The position numbers and the translations under genes are program-made. DNA of 64,000 nt from TPA_inf: Saccharomyces (lineage: Eukaryota), in assembly GCA_000146045.2 (NCBI GenBank), contig BK006946.2, positions 544,001 through 608,000 on the forward strand, given 5' to 3'. This document shows, piece after piece, positions 55,352 through 64,000 of the stretch. How positions within the stretch are numbered: the first letter of the stretch is position 1; every line of letters starts with the position of its first letter. The notes under the pieces were generated by a model. The model saw only the letters and a program-made list of their open reading frames with translations. It did no database searches and was not told the origin of the DNA.

Positions 55352-56872
55352 TTATTTATCCAATGAAAGATCCACATGGACTGATTTTATTTGTAAATAG
55401 TTATCAACGCCGGTGTCGCCTGATTCTCTACCAATACCACTCATCTTAAATCCGCCAAAAGGAACTTTAGCTTCTTCTTGATTGGTTTGATTGATCCAAA
55501 CAGTTCCTGCTTTAATATCGCGAGCAAACATGTGCGCTTTCTTGACATCTTTGGTGAAGACCGCAGAGGCGAGCCCGTAGCAAGTATCATTAGCCAGCTT
55601 CAGAGCGTCATCATAATTTGTGAACTTGCTAACAACCACAACCGGGCCAAATATTTCATCACGCAGCAACTTAGATGTTTCTGGTACATCAGTGAAGATG
55701 GTTGGGGGAATGAAGTAGCCTTTAGCTCCACCAATAGGAAATTCAGAGGTCTGGAACATGTCCAACTTTTCCTCCTTTTTACCACGTTCTATGTAACTTT
55801 TGATGCGGTCATACTGTGTACTTGATATAACTGGACCAACGATGCATTTCTCATCAAACGGATCAAATTTTCCTGCAACATCCCACTCCTTCTTTGCAGT
55901 TTCTTTAAACTTTTCAACAAACTTGTCGTAGATCGAACTTTGAACATAAACTCTTGAGTTTGCAGTGCAGATCTGTCCCGAATTAAAAAAAATACCATTT
56001 GCTACCCATTCTATAGCCTTATCAAGGTCTGCATCTTCAAATACAAGAGCAGGAGACTTACCACCGCATTCTAGTGTGATATCCTTAAGGTTCGATTGGC
56101 CGGAAGCTTCCAATACTGAGCCGCCAACCTTAGTACTTCCCGTAAAAGATATTTTGTCGATATCCATGTGGGTTCCTAAAGCTTTCCCCACAACGGAACC
56201 ATAACCAGGAATGACATTGACAACACCAGGTGGAAAACCTGCTTTTTTAATTAAAGTAGCAAAATAAAGTAGAGATAGAGAGGTATTTTCAGCAGGTTTG
56301 ATGATAACCGTGTTACCGGCCGCTAAGGCACCTTGCATTTTTCTACAAGCCATAGCTAGAGGATAATTCCATGGAACGATTTGAGCAACAACGCCAAAAG
56401 GAACTTTTAGAGTATATGCAAACTTGTTAAAAGTCAATGGAATGGTTTCACCCATATTGAACTTGTCGACCGCCCCCGCATAGTATCTTGTAAGTTCTAT
56501 AATCTGGGCTAAGTCTTGTTTAGCATTGGAATGGAAAGGCTTACCAGCGTCTAAAGTCTCTAATGCGGCAAGTGTGTCTTGCTCCTCCTCAATAAGTTTT
56601 AATAAGTTTGAAAGATAAATACCACGTTGCTCAGAAGATGTCTTCGACCAAACGTTATCAAAAGCAGCCCTGGCAGCTTTCACAGCTTTGTCTACATCCT
56701 TTTCGTTAGCTGCTTGGAAGGATGTTATCGGTTCGCCAGTAGCTGGGTTCACAGTTTCGATGGTCTTTCCATCTGATGATGGACAAAACTCATTGTTGAT
56801 AAACAACCCTAGCGGTTGCTTTAAAGAGATTTTCAATTGTGGGATTTCGATATCAGTATACAAGGTAGGCAT
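55352..56872 (-). CDS. ALD3: Cytoplasmic NAD+-dependent aldehyde dehydrogenase, stress-induced, 506 aa
   Basis: ATG at 56870-56872 (rc). ALDH glutamate and cysteine active-site signatures (LECGGKSP; FFNSGQICTANSR). The downstream copy of the tandem pair, which is the YMR169C position. Confidence 0.88.
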   Translation of the reverse strand: MPTLYTDIEIPQLKISLKQPLGLFINNEFCPSSDGKTIETVNPATGEPITSFQAANEKDVDKAVKAARAAFDNVWSKTSSEQRGIYLSNLLKLIEEEQDTLAALETLDAGKPFHSNAKQDLAQIIELTRYYAGAVDKFNMGETIPLTFNKFAYTLKVPFGVVAQIVPWNYPLAMACRKMQGALAAGNTVIIKPAENTSLSLLYFATLIKKAGFPPGVVNVIPGYGSVVGKALGTHMDIDKISFTGSTKVGGSVLEASGQSNLKDITLECGGKSPALVFEDADLDKAIEWVANGIFFNSGQICTANSRVYVQSSIYDKFVEKFKETAKKEWDVAGKFDPFDEKCIVGPVISSTQYDRIKSYIERGKKEEKLDMFQTSEFPIGGAKGYFIPPTIFTDVPETSKLLRDEIFGPVVVVSKFTNYDDALKLANDTCYGLASAVFTKDVKKAHMFARDIKAGTVWINQTNQEEAKVPFGGFKMSGIGRESGDTGVDNYLQIKSVHVDLSLDK

Positions 56873-57106
56873 TTTTCTTTTGGCTAATTTTCTAAATGTG
56901 TATAATCTATATCTCTATGATACAAGTCCAAGGTATAATTACCTGGCATGAGTCAAATTTATTCCCATCCAGATTTGCCATTTTATACAATTAGTTTCTG
57001 AGGTATGATCAGTTAAATCTACGCTATTCGTTTGAACAATCTCCCTGTCTCCTCCCTAAACTTACTAATTCCTTAACCCTTAGGGAGTTTAGCAATCAGC
57101 TTAAGA

Positions 57107-57111
57107 AGGGG
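57107..57111. promoter_or_regulatory. ALD3: STRE (AGGGG/CCCCT) Msn2/Msn4 stress response element in the ALD3 5' region, about 235 bp upstream of the ATG
   Basis: aagggggctg on the plus strand. ALD3 is a classical Msn2/4-dependent stress gene. Confidence 0.5.
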
Positions 57112-57229
57112 GCTGATCAACAATCCGGTTCAAGTCTTGGATTAGCAGTAATGAAAATCCCTAAATGCACTAAAGGGCGTGGAAGAAAGGTACTGTAGAG
57201 TTCTAATAGTGATACTTTCCTTGTACTCC

Positions 57230-57234
57230 AGGGG
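57230..57234. promoter_or_regulatory. ALD3: Second STRE (AGGGG, within ccaggggggg) in the ALD3 5' region, about 358 bp upstream
   Basis: ccagggggggaagg on the plus strand. Confidence 0.5.
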
Positions 57235-57561
57235 GGGAAGGAAGAACAGACGTCATATGCAGAAAAAGAAAAAAAAAAGACGGAAGATCTACGTAATGGT
57301 GGGAATAGAGAAAACTAACACGCAAGTATAATTTCTTGACACAAAAATAAATCTCACTGAGTTTATAGCTCTATTTTTTTACCATCTTAAGGGATTTCTA
57401 GGACCTAGTAACAACAATTGTTCCGCATGCTGAAATAATGGTGCTTACAGTTTTATATCGAGTAGTGGACTACTACTGTTTGCTAGACTGTCAACATATT
57501 CATCCGTCGTCAGGCTAAGCTATTTAGGTACTTACGCACTTACATAATGATAACTATCACA

Positions 57562-59082
57562 TTAGTTGTCCAAAGAGAGATTTATGTGAACTGCTTTTGT
57601 TTGAAGATAGGTATCAACACCACTTTGCCCCAGTTCTCTACCAATACCACTCATTTTAAACCCGCCAAAAGGAACGGTAACATCTTCATCGTTAGATGAG
57701 TTGATCCAAACAGTTCCTGCTTTAATATCGCGAGCAAACATGTGCGCTTTCTTGACATCTTTTGTGAAGACCGCAGAGGCGAGCCCGTAGCAAGTATCAT
57801 TAGCCAGCTTCAGAGCGTCATCATAATTTGTGAACTTGCTAACAACCACAACCGGGCCAAATATCTCATCCTGTAACAGTTTCGATGTTTGCGGGACATC
57901 AGTGAAGATGGTTGGGGGAATGAAGTAGCCTTTAGCTCCACCAATAGGAAATTCAGAGGTCTGGAACATGTCCAACTTTTCCTCCCTTTTACCACGTTCT
58001 ATGTAACTTTTGATGCGGTCATACTGTGTACTTGATATAACTGGACCAACGATGCATTTCTCATCAAACGGATCAAATTTTCCTGCAACATCCCACTCCT
58101 TCTTTGCAGTTTCTTTAAACTTTTCAACAAACTTGTCGTAGATCGAACTTTGAACATAAACTCTTGAGTTTGCGGTACAATTCTGTCCTGAATTGTAGAA
58201 AATGCCAGCTGCTATCCAATCGATAGCCTTATCAAGGTCTGCATCTTCAAATACGAGAGCAGGAGACTTACCACCGCATTCTAGTGTAACGTCTTTAAGG
58301 TTCGATTGGCCGGAAGCTTCCAACACAAATCCACCGACCTTGGTGCTTCCCGTAAAAGATATTTTGTCGATATCCATGTGAGATGCTAGGGCTTGGCCTA
58401 CAAGTGATCCATAACCAGGAACGATATTGACAACACCAGGTGGAAAACCTGCTTTTTTAATTAAAGTAGCAAAATAAAGTAGAGATAGAGAGGTATTCTC
58501 AGCAGGTTTGATGATAACCGTGTTACCGGCTGCTAAGGCACCTTGCAATTTCCAACAAGCCATAGCTAGAGGATAATTCCATGGAACGATTTGAGCAACA
58601 ACGCCAAAAGGAACTTTTAGAGTATATGCAAACTTGTTAAAAGTCAATGGTATGGTTGCACCTTTGTCAAACTTATCAGCGGACCCAGCAAAATATCTGG
58701 TAAGCTGTAAAATTTGTGCCAAATCACCTTTGGCATTTGAATGGTAAGGCTTTCCAGCGTCTAAAGTCTCTAATGCGGCAAGTGTGTCTTGCTCCTCCTC
58801 AATAAGTTTTAATAAGTTTGAAAGATAAATACCACGTTGCTCAGAAGATGTCTTCGACCAAACGTTATCAAAAGCAGCCCTGGCAGCTTTCACAGCTTTG
58901 TCTACATCCTTTTCGTTAGCTGCTTGGAAGGATGTTATCGGTTCGCCAGTAGCTGGGTTCACAGTTTCGATGGTCTTTCCATCTGATGATGGACAAAACT
59001 CATTGTTGATAAACAACCCTAGCGGTTGCTTTAAAGAGATTTTCAATTGTGGGATTTCGATATCAGTATACAAGGTAGGCAT
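57562..59082 (-). CDS. ALD2: Cytoplasmic NAD+-dependent aldehyde dehydrogenase, tandem paralog of ALD3, 506 aa
   Basis: ATG at 59080-59082 (rc). 506 aa, identical to ALD3 at most positions. Upstream member of the tandem pair (YMR170C). Confidence 0.88.
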   Translation of the reverse strand: MPTLYTDIEIPQLKISLKQPLGLFINNEFCPSSDGKTIETVNPATGEPITSFQAANEKDVDKAVKAARAAFDNVWSKTSSEQRGIYLSNLLKLIEEEQDTLAALETLDAGKPYHSNAKGDLAQILQLTRYFAGSADKFDKGATIPLTFNKFAYTLKVPFGVVAQIVPWNYPLAMACWKLQGALAAGNTVIIKPAENTSLSLLYFATLIKKAGFPPGVVNIVPGYGSLVGQALASHMDIDKISFTGSTKVGGFVLEASGQSNLKDVTLECGGKSPALVFEDADLDKAIDWIAAGIFYNSGQNCTANSRVYVQSSIYDKFVEKFKETAKKEWDVAGKFDPFDEKCIVGPVISSTQYDRIKSYIERGKREEKLDMFQTSEFPIGGAKGYFIPPTIFTDVPQTSKLLQDEIFGPVVVVSKFTNYDDALKLANDTCYGLASAVFTKDVKKAHMFARDIKAGTVWINSSNDEDVTVPFGGFKMSGIGRELGQSGVDTYLQTKAVHINLSLDN

Positions 59083-59867
59083 TTTTCTTTTGGCTTATTT
59101 TCACGATTGTTTTTGATGGACATGCAATGTAAAAATGATAGGAATGGGCCAAAAGTATTTTTAAGGATTCGCTCCCTTTATATGAACATTCTTGAGCAAA
59201 ATTCGGGATATGATCAGTGAGTGTCGACAAGATTGCATCCCTAATGTTTAAACGAGTTAAAAAAACTCATCATTGGATAGGAGTAACCAATAAAGGGTAT
59301 ATGATTGCTATTATTAGTATCCAAAAGCCGCCGGGAACATCATAGGGCGTTAGCAAGTAAACGCATGGCACGATAATGGCAACCTTGTTTCTTCTGGCGG
59401 CAAAAGATAAGGCAATGCAAAATAAAAAACGAGAAAAAAAAAATGATAGAAGGGAAAGATAAGCAAATTTTCTTTCGAGCTGGAACGCTTCATTTTAATC
59501 TCACGCATTTGCAACCCATGCTGATGTCTGAAGCGCTGACAAATACTTCATACGTTCTTCTTGTGACACATTAAGAGGTAGCACGGAGGTGCAAGTAAAG
59601 ATGGCAAAAGTACGGAAAGTAAGAAGGAAGTTTGCGGGTCAACCAGTTGCCCTTACTAGTGTACGTAAACATATGTATATATGTATGTAAATATCTATAT
59701 GCTGCACTGCGATATCGAGTAGGTGATAGCGTTGAAACCCTCAATAAGGAAGAAAACGTTATAAATTGCAATGTTTTTAAAAAATGGTGGCTCTGCGTAA
59801 TACAGCGCAAAAAAAGATAACTGACCGGGGCTAGTGTTTCAGCCTTACTATCTCATGCATTTTCGTA

Positions 59868-61520
59868 TTATATGCCATGCATCCTGCTTTCGTAATCATC
59901 AAATTCTGAAAATTGTTCGGGATCTCTCTCGTGATCATTTTCATCTTCGTTATCATTATCAACACTATCGAAAGATGCTTCATCAGTAATTAAATTTCTG
60001 CTCGTTCCAATAATTCGTCCGCTTATTGCTGATTTATCATTTTTCGAATGATGTTCATCGTCCGAGTAACTTGGTGGTAGCATAGGTAAGGAATCTAGAT
60101 TAATTTCCTCATTGATGATCTTCTTTCCAGTGGGAGGGGACATAGTGAATTCAAATCCAGGTGGTGGCGGTAATATTTCACCGTTTCTTATAATTATATC
60201 ATCATTGAGATTTGTAGTACTACCAGCCGCAATATTGTCGCTATCACCGTCTGAAAAATCTTCGTCGAAATCATTGTCTTCACCACCGCTTTCTAATAGG
60301 GTATCTTTACCGTAGTCTTCGTAAGAAGGAGGAGGTAATTTAATGCCGTTTGACTTTGCGTATCCCCATTTTTTAACGTTTGCTTCTATATAAACAAAGC
60401 CATAAGTGCCGAAATTCACATGAATTTGACAAGGTACGTTGGAGCCAATGATCGGGTATAGGTATTGGAATTTCCAGCCGCGGATATGACCACCAACAGA
60501 TTTTTCATTTAGTTTTTTTCCGTTCCTGGTGAAAAATACTGTTCCACTACGTGACCTATAGCCAATGCCAACAATGTCTCCCTTTTCACACTGTGGAAAT
60601 AACGTTCTTAATTGCTCATTTAGTTTGAAGGAGTCATTAAATCTTCTGGCGCCGTTAGAATCGTATGCTATCGAATGGTGGTGTCTTCCCGGTAACCTGA
60701 AATATGGATAAGGCTGTGTGGAAAGACCAAATGAGATGACACCTTTCGATACATTTTCATCACTGTTTAGTGGGCCATCCGTTTCAAATATCTTGAATTC
60801 ACAATAATATACTTTATTTATACACGGAATGGGTAGATTTGTGGATATAGAAGCATCATAATTATAATTTAGAAAAGAAACCTCTGTTTTATTTTCCACT
60901 ATGACAGTATGGTTTGGCATATCAGGATTTGGGCTAAACTCCCATGCATAAGCCCCCTCTTCTTGAATATATTGCCTTGTTTGCTCGTTCATAATAGGGT
61001 CTTCACGGGTGGTGTCTGGATTGCTATCTTCGGACTGTTGTAAAAGTCCCTGGTTAAGCAGAAATGGTGGGTTCTGCTTGATATACTCCTCACCTTGCTT
61101 ATAATAAAACTGCTCTTCAGGTGACAACTGTGCCAGCTTATCTCTTACTTCATCAGCATCGTCAAGATTGTTGGGCCACCTTAAACTCATGTTTTCCATT
61201 AATCTTCTGCTATGAACGTGTGCATTATTTTCGTCATAATCGCTGAATAAAGATATTCTTTGGCCAGGGCCATGCTCATTATAATATGCAGTTATAAGCC
61301 GCGTAGCTATCTGTTTTGTAAAAAAATAAACGATACAGATGACGATGTAGACCACGATTAAGGTTCCAAACGCAAACAACATTATATCCATGTTAAGTTC
61401 GTCAGTATCGTCTCCCCCATAAGATACATCGCCACGGGGGATCACCGAAGATCTACCACACCGTATTTGTCCGCTTATCGAACCGAGAAGCAGCGATTCT
61501 ATCAGAAACTTGAATGACAT
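59868..61520 (-). CDS. EAR1: Endosomal adaptor of Rsp5 ubiquitin ligase with an SPRY domain and PY motifs, 550 aa
   Basis: ATG at 61518-61520 (rc). N-terminal signal/transmembrane segment, PPxY motifs (PPSY, PPPPGF). 550 aa matches EAR1 (YMR171C). Confidence 0.85.
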
Positions 61521-61980
61521 TTGCTTTTTTATATAGAAAAAAAATTTGGCTCTCCAAACTTTAAGATTTTTTATAATTATTAACCAATGACAATATAGAT
61601 AACTTGAAACAACTCTTGAAAATTTTGTAGTTAGGCACCAGTCCTTTGGTTTTTCAATGTTCTATAAAAAATCACTCCTCCATGCAGCAGTAAAGCGCTA
61701 TTCTCAAAAATAGCTCAACCTGAGAGAGGAAGAAAGAGCAGTAGTAAATAGAGCAAGGTTCTTAAAGCCTGTATCAATGAAATTTTGTTATGGCGTTTAT
61801 ATGGATAACCTGGAATTTGCCTTTTTTCTTTATAGCGCACCGTTCCGAAGAAAAAAATAAAAAAAAAGGGCCGACGGAGGGTTAGGTCAAATTAAATATT
61901 GAGCTAGGTTTAGTTATCTCTTTTTTAGGTTTTTTATATACAAAAAAGATTATATTTAGGGTACATATGGCTGGAGCATA

Positions 61981-64000
61981 ATGTCTGGAATGGGTATTGC
62001 GATTCTTTGCATCGTACGTACAAAGATTTATAGGATAACCATCAGCTTCGATTATTCTACACTGATGAGCCCTTTCTTCTTATTCTTAATGATGCCCACT
62101 ACATTAAAGGATGGGTACAGGATGAATAGTCAAGTAAATGAAGATGCTATAGGTATCAATCTTGACCTCTCACTGCCCACTCACATTTCGCCTACGACTG
62201 GTTCAGAGAGCGCCAGTGGCAGTAACGCCAGTACACTTCGCAACGATGGAAATGCACTAGATGGAGGTCTTTTGAGGACTTCAGCAGCGATTTCAGCACC
62301 CACAGGTACCAGTCAACCAACAGAAACTATTGGTGAAAAACTGAGTAATGAAGAGCGGGTGAACTCGAATGTTTCCGCTTCGAACTCGACAACGGCGGGT
62401 ACAGGGCGTATGTTAAGCCAATCCTTGACTAATGATTCACCGTCGAACGAAATATCGACGGATCAGTTGAAGATTTTTCAAAGAATGGACGAAATGAGTG
62501 CCCGAATGATTGAGATGGAGGAAAGCTTCAACAAGTTATCTAATAAGATCGCGGAACAGAATACAATGGTTTTAAACCTAAAACAAGATAACTATAAAGT
62601 TATGAACAAATTGAATATATTACTTAAGTTGGTTGCGCAGCCAAGCGCGCGCCCAAGCACAAACAATGCCCAAAATAAGCTTGCTATCGAATTGCTAAAT
62701 TCGATATCAGCCGTTAGTAGTGCTTACTTGCAGAAAATGCAGAATAATGGCTCTGGTAGACAGCATACTGCTGATTTATGTACAGGAGATTCCAACACCC
62801 ATTCTGGTATCAACCAGCATCGGACTACGAATGGAACCATAGATGTGAATACGAATACTGCACAGCTAAACAACCAATTTTCTAACGCACTAAATACTAT
62901 CTTACCTGATCAGCAGCATAATCGAAATAATGTTTCCCAAAATATAAACCAATCGCTCCCTAACCGACAACTTGGTCCTGTTATAAACACACAAGCCAAT
63001 CAGAACCAGTCGCAGGTTTTAATTCATAACACAAATACACATCAGCAGGTAAATCGCTCGCCTATTAGTTTCCCGAACGCTTCAACTGACAAGCCATTCA
63101 AGTTGAACCCAAATGGGATTAAACGGCGCAGAAGAAATACGCAAAGTAACAACAATGCGAGCACAAATGACCATGCTAGTGCTGCACAAAAGCCCATATC
63201 AGCCCTATCTCCATTAACGAATTCTCATAATTCTACAACTAGCATGAATTATACCAATTCTTCCATTCATTCAGGCGTCACCAGTGCTTCAAATTCATTT
63301 CATGACTTAAATTCATTGAATAACTTTGGCACGACAACAGCTTTAAGTTTGCCCAGCTTAGCCCTAGATAACGCTTCTTTTCCCCCAAATCAAAATGTTA
63401 TACCCCCTATTATAAATAATACCCAGCAGCCTCTATCATTTTCCCAATTGATCAATCAGGATAGCACGACATCTGAATTGTTACCGAGTGGTAAGTCAGG
63501 GGTGAACACGAATATTGTAAATAGAAACAGAGCTTCTACTCTACCGTCGTACCCAAAACCAATGACAGTGAAAAGTAATGTCGACGATGATGGCTATCAA
63601 GAGGATGATGATGATGACGGTGATGACGAAGGTGATGGAAGGGATAATGAAGAAGACAGCACTGCTGAGGAAGATGAAGTAGATGATGAAATCGAAACAG
63701 ATATGAAGAACGCTTCGATTAACAAGCGGAGGAGGAGCTTGCATCATAAAAAAAGTAACTCTTTAAACGGTAGAAGAAAGCTTCACGGCGAGTCGGCTAC
63801 TAAGCCCAACATAAACTCTGATTTACATTATAGGATATTGAAGGCTCCCACTGACGTAAAGACTATATGGGAAGAGTATGATACTGGAATAAGAGGAAAG
63901 CCATCGATCAAGCATCTTGAGGCCAAGTATGGTAACAAGTGGAGGCTCAATAAAAATAAGAAGACCTTTTCAAGGCGAAAAAGATTGTACAAGTTCATTC
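61981..64000 (+). CDS. HOT1: Osmostress transcription factor (Hog1-dependent), 5' 673 codons; the ORF continues past the right edge of the window
   Basis: ATG at 61981 opens a frame with no stop through 63999. It is Ser/Asn/Gln-rich with an acidic [19 protein letters not shown] stretch and a basic [10 protein letters not shown] region. Position after EAR1 matches YMR172W. The choice of start ATG is less certain. Confidence 0.7.
   Translation, partial: MSGMGIAILCIVRTKIYRITISFDYSTLMSPFFLFLMMPTTLKDGYRMNSQVNEDAIGINLDLSLPTHISPTTGSESASGSNASTLRNDGNALDGGLLRTSAAISAPTGTSQPTETIGEKLSNEERVNSNVSASNSTTAGTGRMLSQSLTNDSPSNEISTDQLKIFQRMDEMSARMIEMEESFNKLSNKIAEQNTMVLNLKQDNYKVMNKLNILLKLVAQPSARPSTNNAQNKLAIELLNSISAVSSAYLQKMQNNGSGRQHTADLCTGDSNTHSGINQHRTTNGTIDVNTNTAQLNNQFSNALNTILPDQQHNRNNVSQNINQSLPNRQLGPVINTQANQNQSQVLIHNTNTHQQVNRSPISFPNASTDKPFKLNPNGIKRRRRNTQSNNNASTNDHASAAQKPISALSPLTNSHNSTTSMNYTNSSIHSGVTSASNSFHDLNSLNNFGTTTALSLPSLALDNASFPPNQNVIPPIINNTQQPLSFSQLINQDSTTSELLPSGKSGVNTNIVNRNRASTLPSYPKPMTVKSNVDDDGYQEDDDDDGDDEGDGRDNEEDSTAEEDEVDDEIETDMKNASINKRRRSLHHKKSNSLNGRRKLHGESATKPNINSDLHYRILKAPTDVKTIWEEYDTGIRGKPSIKHLEAKYGNKWRLNKNKKTFSRRKRLYKFI

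Noticed and set aside
55600-55785. Conserved 61-aa antisense ORFs inside ALD3 and ALD2 (55600-55785 and 57810-57995), plus 87-aa and 72-aa sense-strand ORFs at the 5' ends
   Set aside because: Their conservation is a by-product of the ALD3/ALD2 duplication and conversion tracts, not evidence for coding. All lie wholly inside the ALDH reading frame on the opposite strand.

Overview
This window is a gene-dense stretch of Saccharomyces cerevisiae nuclear DNA that matches the right arm of chromosome XIII (YMR137C to YMR172W) by protein sequence, ORF length and gene order. It is collinear with the reference annotation. It begins with the 5' part of PSO2, read on the minus strand into the window edge. 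The genes then follow in reference order: CIN4, RIM11, SIP5, the intron-containing ribosomal protein genes RPL13B and RPS16A, YMR144W, NDE1, TIF34, YMR147W, YMR148W/LDO16, SWP1, IMP1, YIM1, NUP53, RIM13, YMR155W, TPP1, AIM36, MRPS8, ATG16, YMR160W, HLJ1, DNF3, INP2, MSS11, PAH1, YMR166C, MLH1, CEP3, the tandem paralogs ALD3 and ALD2, EAR1, and the 5' part of HOT1 running off the right edge. A tRNA-Met(CAU) gene sits beside nested Ty1/Ty2 delta LTR fragments. A tRNA-Val(AAC) gene lies between INP2 and MSS11. Both ribosomal protein genes have canonical GTATGT / TACTAAC / AG introns and share a divergent promoter with two Rap1 sites. I found no CRISPR array, no prokaryotic-style operon and no evidence of an undescribed system. 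The observations worth a second look are ordinary yeast genome biology: a gene-conversion tract between ALD3 and ALD2, stress-response-element (STRE) divergence between their promoters, the YMR147W-YMR148W splice donor consistent with the reported LDO45 spliced isoform, strain-variable polyQ and polyN tracts in MSS11, a tRNA / Ty LTR insertion hotspot, and a GC-rich island rich in STRE-like motifs upstream of NDE1. The supplied ORF track uses GTG/TTG as well as ATG starts, so several apparent N-terminal extensions (HLJ1, INP2, MSS11, RIM13, LDO16) are artefacts. For those genes I placed starts at the first ATG that gives the known protein length.
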